A stretch of 64,000 nt of DNA, from positions 1,248,001-1,312,000 of the forward strand of contig OZ219790.1 in NCBI GenBank assembly GCA_964291215.2, read 5' to 3'. This DNA is from Alphaproteobacteria bacterium (GTDB lineage: Bacteria; Pseudomonadota; Alphaproteobacteria; MPNO01; UBA830). Shown piece after piece: positions 56,943 to 64,000 of the stretch; within the stretch, counting starts at the first letter, position 1, and each line of letters starts with the position of its first letter. Below the pieces are notes generated by a model. That model made no database searches, was not told where the DNA came from, and was given only the letters and a program-made list of their open reading frames with translations. Position numbers and translations under genes: made by a program.

Positions 56943-58520
56943 ATGCCGAGAGTACTCATCGCCGACAGCCTAAGTCCGAAGGCGGTCGAGATCTTTTCGG
57001 AAAACGGAATAACCGCTGACGTAGCCACCGCGCTGGAGCCGGCGCAATTGCTGGAACGAATCGGCAAGTATGACGGCTTGGCCGTCAGATCGGCCACCAA
57101 GGTGACGGCAGACGTCATCAATGCCGGCAACCGGCTAAGGGTGGTCGGCCGCGCCGGCATCGGCGTCGACAACATCGACATCGATGCCGCGTCGACCCGC
57201 GGCATCGTCGTGATGAACGCCCCGTTCGGCAACTCGATCACGACCGCCGAACATGCAATAGCGATGATGTTTGCGTTGGCCCGTCAGATACCGCTCGCTA
57301 ACCAGTCGACGCAGTCCGGCGGATGGGAGAAGGCGCGCTTCATGGGAACCGAGTTGACCGACAAGGTCCTCGGCATCATCGGCTGCGGCAACATCGGCGC
57401 AATTGTCGCCGAACGCGGCCTCGGCCTCAGGATGAAGGTCATTGCCGCTGACCCCTACCTGACGCCGGAACGCGCGGCTTCTCTGGGTGTCGAGAAAGTC
57501 ACGCTCGATGAGTTGTTCAAGCGCGCCGAGGTCATCACTCTGCACCCCCCCCTGACCGACGACACGAGGAACATGCTGGATGCGGAGAGTTTCGCGAAGA
57601 TGCGCAATGGCGTCTTGATCGTGAACTGCGCGCGTGGCGAACTCGTCGTCGAGAAGGACATGAAGGAGGCAATCGAAAACGGAACGGTGGGAGGGTTCGC
57701 AGTCGACGTCTATCCCGAGGAGCCGCCGTCGAACTACAGCCTCTTCGGAATGGAGCAGGTGGTGGCCACGCCGCATCTCGGCGCCGCCACCGTCGAGGCA
57801 CAGGAGAAGGTAGCCTTGCAGATTGCGCAACAGATGTCCGCCTATCTCAAGACAGGCGCTGTGGTGAACGCGCTGAACATGCCTTCGATCTCGGCCGAAG
57901 AGGCGCCCAGGATCCGGCCCTACATGACGCTGGCGCGTCAGATCGGAGGGCTTGCCGGCCAGGTCATTGACAGTGGACTGAGAACGGTGACGGTGGAATA
58001 TGAAGGCCGTGCTGCGGAACTGAATATGCGCCCCGTGACCGGCTACCTCTTGGAAGGTCTGCTTTCACCGCTGATCAGCGGCGTCAACATGGTGAACGCG
58101 CCGATTCTCGCGCGCGAACGCAGTATCGACGTGTCCGAGACGCGTCATGAACGCTACGGGCAGTTCCAGTCGCTGATCCGCCTCACGTTTCAGACGGAAG
58201 AGCGCAGGCACACCGTGGCCGGAACGCTGTTCGGCGACAACCGGCCGCGAATCGTGGAAATCAACGGAATCCCGCTGGAAGCAGAACTGGGACGAAACAT
58301 GCTCTATTTCGTCAACCACGACAAACCCGGAATCATCGGACGCCTCGGCACGGCGCTCGGCAACGCGGGGATCAACATTGCGACGTTCCAGCTCGGGCGC
58401 ACCGAACCGGGTGGCGACGCGCTGGCACTCATCGAAATCGACGGCGAGCTTCCGGCGGGTATCATCGAGGAACTTCGCCGGCTGCCCGACATCGTCCAGG
58501 TGAGGTCGTTGTCCTTCTGA
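56943..58520 (+). CDS. serA: D-3-phosphoglycerate dehydrogenase
   Basis: GRAGIGVDN, NCARG, TPHLGA, ACT domain. Confidence 0.97.
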   Translation: MPRVLIADSLSPKAVEIFSENGITADVATALEPAQLLERIGKYDGLAVRSATKVTADVINAGNRLRVVGRAGIGVDNIDIDAASTRGIVVMNAPFGNSITTAEHAIAMMFALARQIPLANQSTQSGGWEKARFMGTELTDKVLGIIGCGNIGAIVAERGLGLRMKVIAADPYLTPERAASLGVEKVTLDELFKRAEVITLHPPLTDDTRNMLDAESFAKMRNGVLIVNCARGELVVEKDMKEAIENGTVGGFAVDVYPEEPPSNYSLFGMEQVVATPHLGAATVEAQEKVALQIAQQMSAYLKTGAVVNALNMPSISAEEAPRIRPYMTLARQIGGLAGQVIDSGLRTVTVEYEGRAAELNMRPVTGYLLEGLLSPLISGVNMVNAPILARERSIDVSETRHERYGQFQSLIRLTFQTEERRHTVAGTLFGDNRPRIVEINGIPLEAELGRNMLYFVNHDKPGIIGRLGTALGNAGINIATFQLGRTEPGGDALALIEIDGELPAGIIEELRRLPDIVQVRSLSF

Positions 58521-58603
58521 ATCGCGACCAGCGGCGCGGCTAGCAAGGACCGTCTCATGCAGGGACACGCACCGAAACGGCCATACCGGCAAGGGGACAA
58601 GTC

Positions 58604-59773
58604 ATGAACGAAACCGGACGGAAAGCGCTGCTGCCCGCCGGATTCCGCGATATCCTTCCGCCCGAAGCCGCTTTCGAGGCTGGTATCCGCGAGACCTTGG
58701 CCGCGACTTTCGCAAGCTATGGCTATGAACGCGTGAAGCCGCCGCTCGTCGAGTTCGAGGAAGGCCTGATGAGCGGCGCCGGCGCCGCGATGGCAAACGA
58801 GACTTTCCGCCTGATGGATCCGGTGTCTCAGCGCATGATGGGCCTACGGACCGACATAACGACGCAACTTGCCCGGATCGCGCTGACCAGACTCTCGGAC
58901 GCGCCCAGGCCGCTGCGGCTTGTTTATACCGGCGAAGTACTCCGCGTCCGCAGCGCACAGCTGCGCCCCGAACGGCAGTTCGCCCAGGCCGGCGCAGAGC
59001 TGATCGGCGCAGGCAGCGCCATGGCGGACATCGAGATCATCCAGATGGCCGCCGATTCGCTGCGCGAGATCGGCCTTCCCCGTTTGTCGCTGGATCTGAC
59101 GATACCGCCGCTTGTGCCGCTCCTCCTCGAAGAGACCGACCTGCCGGAAGCGGAGAGACAGGCTCTGCGCGAGGCGCTCGACAGAAAGGATGCCGGCGCC
59201 GTTCGCGATACGGACACCCCGATCACGGAGACCCTCTGCCTCCTGCTCGAAGGCACCGGTCCCGCCCGACAGGCCCTGACGATCCTGGACAGGCTGACGC
59301 TGCCCGCTCCCGCCGCGCAGGAACTGGACCGGCTGCGCACTGTCTTCAACGGTCTCGCCGAACGCAGATCCGATCTCGACATCACGATCGACCCGGTCGA
59401 GAATCGCGGTTTCGAATACCACACCGGGGTCAGTTTCACGTTCTTCTGCAAGAACGAACGCGGCGAGATCGGCTCGGGCGGACGCTACATGGCCTCGATC
59501 GGTGATGATGAGGACGGCGAACCGGCAACCGGTTTCACGCTCTACATCGATAACATATTGCGGGTACTGCCCGATCCCCGGAAGCCGGCCAGAATCCTCG
59601 TCGCAGCCGATGCCGATGCTGCGACGACGGCACAGTTGCGCAGTGACGGCTGGGTGACCATCCTCGATCTCGGGGGCGGCAGCGACATGGAGACGGAGGC
59701 TAGGCGCCTCGGTTGCTGTCACATCCTGCGCGACGGCCAGCCGGTGCCAGTCGACCGGGAACGAGACTCATGA
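58604..59773 (+). CDS. hisZ: ATP phosphoribosyltransferase regulatory subunit
   Basis: [26 protein letters not shown]; upstream of purA. Confidence 0.94.
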   Translation: MNETGRKALLPAGFRDILPPEAAFEAGIRETLAATFASYGYERVKPPLVEFEEGLMSGAGAAMANETFRLMDPVSQRMMGLRTDITTQLARIALTRLSDAPRPLRLVYTGEVLRVRSAQLRPERQFAQAGAELIGAGSAMADIEIIQMAADSLREIGLPRLSLDLTIPPLVPLLLEETDLPEAERQALREALDRKDAGAVRDTDTPITETLCLLLEGTGPARQALTILDRLTLPAPAAQELDRLRTVFNGLAERRSDLDITIDPVENRGFEYHTGVSFTFFCKNERGEIGSGGRYMASIGDDEDGEPATGFTLYIDNILRVLPDPRKPARILVAADADAATTAQLRSDGWVTILDLGGGSDMETEARRLGCCHILRDGQPVPVDRERDS

Positions 59774-61059
59774 CACACGTGGCCGTTGTCGGGTCCCAAT
59801 GGGGCGACGAGGGGAAAGGCAAGATCGTCGACTGGCTCTCCGAACGTGCCGATCTCGTGGTGCGTTTCCAGGGCGGACACAATGCCGGCCATACGTTGGT
59901 CATTGACCGCAAGACCTACAAGTTGAGTTTGCTGCCGTCAGGAATCGTACGAAAAAAACTGTCGATAATCGGCAACGGCGTCGTGATCGATCCGTGGGCC
60001 CTGCTCGAAGAGATCGACGGAATCAGGAAACAGGGGATCGAGGTTTCACCGGAGATCCTCAAGATCGCCGAGAATGCGGCGCTCATATTGCCGCTCCACG
60101 GTGCGCTTGACCGCGCTCGGGAAACAGCCCGCGGCAACGACAGGATCGGCACCACGGGCCGTGGAATCGGACCCGCCTACGAAGACAAGGTAGGCCGCCG
60201 GGCAATCCGGGTCTGCGATCTGGCCGATCCCGAAATTCTCGGCGAACGCGTCGCCAACCTGCTGTCGCACCACAATGCGCTGATGGCCGGCTATGGGCTG
60301 CCCCTCGTCGATGGCAGCCGACTTGTCGGCGAGCTGCTAGCAATTGCGCCCAGGATTCTCGCGTTCGCCGCGCCCGTATGGCGCCAGCTCGACCGGCACC
60401 ATCGCAGCGGCGACCGGATACTCTTCGAAGGCGCCCAGGGTTTCATGCTCGACATCGACCATGGAACCTACCCTTTCGTCACCTCGTCCAACACAGTCGC
60501 CGGCCAATTGGCCGCCGGCTCCGGCATCGGGGCGGCTGCGGCGGGCCACGTTCTGGGAATTACCAAGGCCTACACGACGAGGGTGGGCGCCGGACCCTTC
60601 CCGACTGAGCAAGACAACGAAATCGGTCTTCGCCTCGGAGAACGGGGCCACGAATTCGGCACCGTAACCGGCAGAAAACGACGCTGCGGCTGGTTCGACG
60701 CAGTACTGGTTCGTCAGGCGGTAACGACCGGGGGGATCGATGGCATTGCGCTTACCAAGCTGGATGTTCTCGACGGCCTGGGCGAGCTGCGCGTCTGCGT
60801 CGCCTACCGGGGCGACGGAAGAACCTACGACTACTTGCCCGCGGGCCACAGCCTCCAGGCCTCCCTCACGCCCGTCTACGAAGCACTGGAGGGCTGGTCC
60901 GAGAGTACACGCGGCGCACGAAGCTGGGCGGATCTGCCGGCGACGGCGGTGAAATACGTGCGCCGGATAGAGGAACTGATCGGTGCACCCGTAACGCTGC
61001 TATCGACTAGCCCGGAGCGCGACGACACGATCCTCGTTCGCGATCCGTTTTCTGCCTGA
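59770..61059 (+). CDS. purA: Adenylosuccinate synthetase
   Basis: [26 protein letters not shown]. Confidence 0.99.
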   Translation: MTHVAVVGSQWGDEGKGKIVDWLSERADLVVRFQGGHNAGHTLVIDRKTYKLSLLPSGIVRKKLSIIGNGVVIDPWALLEEIDGIRKQGIEVSPEILKIAENAALILPLHGALDRARETARGNDRIGTTGRGIGPAYEDKVGRRAIRVCDLADPEILGERVANLLSHHNALMAGYGLPLVDGSRLVGELLAIAPRILAFAAPVWRQLDRHHRSGDRILFEGAQGFMLDIDHGTYPFVTSSNTVAGQLAAGSGIGAAAAGHVLGITKAYTTRVGAGPFPTEQDNEIGLRLGERGHEFGTVTGRKRRCGWFDAVLVRQAVTTGGIDGIALTKLDVLDGLGELRVCVAYRGDGRTYDYLPAGHSLQASLTPVYEALEGWSESTRGARSWADLPATAVKYVRRIEELIGAPVTLLSTSPERDDTILVRDPFSA

Positions 61060-61071
61060 GAGTTTGCGAAA

Positions 61072-63376
61072 CCCAATTTCAGACATCCTGACCTCGTCCA
61101 ATGTCAGGTGAGACGATTCTGGAGTGTTGCGCCATCGCCGAGGAGATCACCCTCGCGTCTGCGTGGCCGCTGCGATGCACCAAGGACCGTCTCGCCCCTG
61201 GCCTTCAGGAGCTTCGTCTTACGGTAGACGCCTTCGTGCAAGACATCGAAGGCCTGGTCAGATCGGCACAGCTCAACGCCGGCGACCGTGTAGAACCGGG
61301 CGATGCGCAGGGCCTGTCGACGGGTGTCATGGGCAGCGTGGCAGTCGCAGGGCTCGAGGTGGGTGAAGTACCATGCCTGATTGTCGATGACGGCCCATGA
61401 GGAGGATGCTGCGATGGGTGTGGCATGGGCTCCCTTGGGGTGGCAGGGAGGGTGTCATCTCAGACCAAAAGTGCAACATGCGATATCGGACATGCTTGTT
61501 CGCCACAGGTCAAGCGGAATCTGCGCTGAAACAGCCGGAACCACAGGAAAACAGGGGATTTCCTGACCGGTGCGATAGGCCTCCTCAGAGGGGTAGGTCA
61601 GGATGTCTGATGTTGGCATTTTTGCGTCAGTTGAAGGCAAAATTTATTCGGCTGCCTCACTCGATATACCATATGTTGGCGGTTTTTTAATATTGCCTAC
61701 TATATTTGTGATTTCCCGTCCGGGATGGTCACTGTAGTGCCAGGATGTTGCAGATTCACTCGACCCCGCCGCCAAACCCGGTATATCCGGAGCCTCATCA
61801 ACACAAAAGGCTCCAGACAACATGTTCATCAGGGCAACCAAAACCCACAGCACCGCGGACGGCAAACCCGTCCACCGGCTCGTGCTTTCTCAACGCATCG
61901 GCGACAAGGTCGGACAGCGCACCCTGCCTCGGCACCGATCATCCGGTAGCGCGCAAGAACCGGAAGGAGGTTGCCGCCGAAGCGCTGGCCGCCCGCCGCT
62001 GTTCGAAGCCGCGTGCAGGCCGCAGGACATCGTCAACAGGGGCCCGGAGGTTCCGCGCCGACGCTCCGGAGGAAGACGCACGCAAATTGCGACCGTCAAC
62101 CTCGACAGCCTCGAGAACCCGCGCTCGGTCGGCTGGCCTGTGCCTCGAGGCGCGATCTCGGCTTCACGACCTCGGCATCACGGGCCGCGAGTGCGCTGAT
62201 CGTCGCCAGGATGATCCGCCAGCGAGCGCTGGCTGCGCGATGACAGCGCGGAGCTTCTGGATCTGGAGCGCAAGGCGCGCAAGACGCCGTACCGCATCGG
62301 CGACCTGCGTCACCGGGCCGCCAGGAGCTGTTCAACCACGAGCGCGCGCTGCATCCCCGATACCATCGCTTTTTGCGATCTCACCAATGTTCACGGCCGC
62401 GCCGACGGCAAGCTCCCCCGCTTCGGGCGCTCGAAGCAGAAGCGCAATGATTGCCCCACGCTTGCGCGGCGCCGGCTTTCGGCGCAGTTGCGAGGTCTTG
62501 CCGGGCAACGTGAGCGAACCCGGTACGCTGGAGGACGCGCTGTCGAGGCTGGAGGCGGCCCGGCGGCAAAGCCGACGGTAGTCATGGACGCCGGCACCGA
62601 GGCGAACATCGCGTGGCGAGCACAGCTGGATCGCGGGCGGCGCCGCCCGATGGTGGGCCCGAGGCTGATCACCAGCACCAACCACGAGGTGCAGGCGCCT
62701 TGCCAGCGAGGATGGCGCGGCTCTACATGGTCAGCAAGAGCAGGAAGAGGGCGAGGACGCCATTCCTGGCCGCAGGGCTTCGAAGCGGCAAAGCTCCACC
62801 TCTCGGCCAAGGGCCGGCACCACGACAAAGTGCTGGAGAGCGGTCTCAGGCAGCGCTTCTCCACCGTCGCCCGGCACTACGAGATCACCGTCGAGAAGGC
62901 CGGCGCCAACGCAACGGCTTTCAGCCACAGACGACAAGACAACACGGGCACCTGCGCACCAGCGACTGGGATATCGAGACCGTCCTCAGGACACGGATAT
63001 CGAGGCCACCTTCCGTTCATTGAAATCCGAGCCCGGATTGCGCCCGGCCAGCGCATCGCCGCCCACCTGTTGATCGCCGTGCTCGCCGCGGTGCATCTGA
63101 TCCCCGCGCGGGGCATCGACAAGTGCCGGACATCAATCCGCGAGAGCATGCGGAACCAGGGTCACCACGCGCCTGCGCGCATTGATCGTCAACCGACAGG
63201 ACACGCGCCACCGAGGTCGCCAAAATCTCCTCGGCGGCTGGTGTCGAACCCGCCGCACGAGGAGCCGCCTCACAAGCTGACAGAATTCAACGGAATGTAG
63301 TGCCATGTTGAAATCGGCCGACAAAAAATCGCGCAACGTGATAAAAATTCCAAGTCGCAAAAAGTGCCAACTTGGG
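61072..63376 (+). mobile_element. IS1634-family element, heavily degenerate
   Basis: MFIRATKT..HRLV..RIGDKV.QRTL, FGRSKQKRNDCP, VVMDAG, ATFRSLKSE; ends cccaa|gttggcattttt and aaaaagtgccaacttggg; gaaa on both flanks. Confidence 0.85.
61077..61611 (-). mobile_element. Second internally deleted element of the unclassified family, nested in the IS1634 left IR
   Basis: IR tcagacatcctgacct / aggtcaggatgtctga; remnant WAVIDNQAWYFTHLEPCDCH..LRIAR. Confidence 0.75.
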
Positions 63377-63421
63377 GAAAGCGCCTGCAGCGCGTGCGCG
63401 GGAGAGGTTTGGCAAACAGCC

Positions 63422-64000
63422 TTATGCGGCTGCCGTTGCTGCCGGATTGCCGCCGGGGCCGATCATGGCATCCCTCAGCTTTTCGAACGCCCGCGTCTCG
63501 ATCTGCCGTATCCGTTCGCGGGAAACCCCATATTTCTGGCTGAGCTGTTCGAGGGTAAGCGGCCGTTCCTGGAGCCGTCGCGCGATCAGGATCTCACGCT
63601 CGCGCTCGCCGAGTTTCTCCATCGCCCGCACGAGAAGCTGGTGGCGTTCGATCATTTCGTCGTGCGCTAGCAGGGCTTGCTCCTGATTCGGAGCTTGATC
63701 GACGAGCCAATCCTGCCACTCGCCCTCCGCGTCGGGCCGAACCGGTGCGTTGAGCGATGAATCGGGCCCCGCCAGGCGCCGGTTCATGCTGATCACGTCA
63801 TCTTCGCTGAGATCAAGACGTTTTGCGATCTCCCTGACGTTCTTTGGATCGAGATCGCCTTCCTCGATCGCCTTGATCTCACCCTTCAGCCGACGGAGAT
63901 TGAAAAAGAGCTTTTTTTGCGCGGCCGTCGTTCCGATCTTCACGAGAGACCAAGATCTGAGGATGTATTCCTGAATGGAGGCACGAATCCACCACAGGGC
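63422..64000 (-). CDS. rpoH: Heat-shock sigma factor (5' end outside window)
   Basis: WWIRASIQEYIL, RpoH box QKKLFFNLR, SRERIRQIE. Confidence 0.95.
   Translation of the reverse strand, partial: ALWWIRASIQEYILRSWSLVKIGTTAAQKKLFFNLRRLKGEIKAIEEGDLDPKNVREIAKRLDLSEDDVISMNRRLAGPDSSLNAPVRPDAEGEWQDWLVDQAPNQEQALLAHDEMIERHQLLVRAMEKLGEREREILIARRLQERPLTLEQLSQKYGVSRERIRQIETRAFEKLRDAMIGPGGNPAATAAA

Overview
GC-rich alphaproteobacterial (Rhodospirillales-like) chromosome segment. The backbone is intact housekeeping DNA: secA, argJ, mutT, grxC, ubiG, lysC, rodZ-like, hisS-prfA-prmC, mtnP, ychF-pth-rplY-prs, pgeF-midA-lgt, ubiK, proC, csaA, an envZ/ompR-like pair, serC-serA-hisZ-purA and rpoH. Five patches of decayed, often nested insertion sequences interrupt it (IS30, IS630, IS66, ISAzo13, ISAs1, IS1634, an unclassified transposase family, and MITEs). 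Accessory genes are a TbpB-like surface lipoprotein with a truncated Slam/T11SS translocator and an oxyR-katG-phytochelatin synthase islet. The most unusual signals are: (i) an IS66 element that carries a DNA adenine methyltransferase between its own inverted repeats; (ii) erosion of IS DNA by deletions of almost exactly 5-6 bp; (iii) a mini-element built from two head-to-head IS630 left ends; (iv) two mini-elements that define the ends of an unclassified transposon; (v) apparent clean loss of ispG, ptsP, comF and a PPIase from their usual positions. A host-associated lifestyle is an inference. All family calls come from motif recognition by eye; no database search was run. No CRISPR, tRNA or rRNA was seen.
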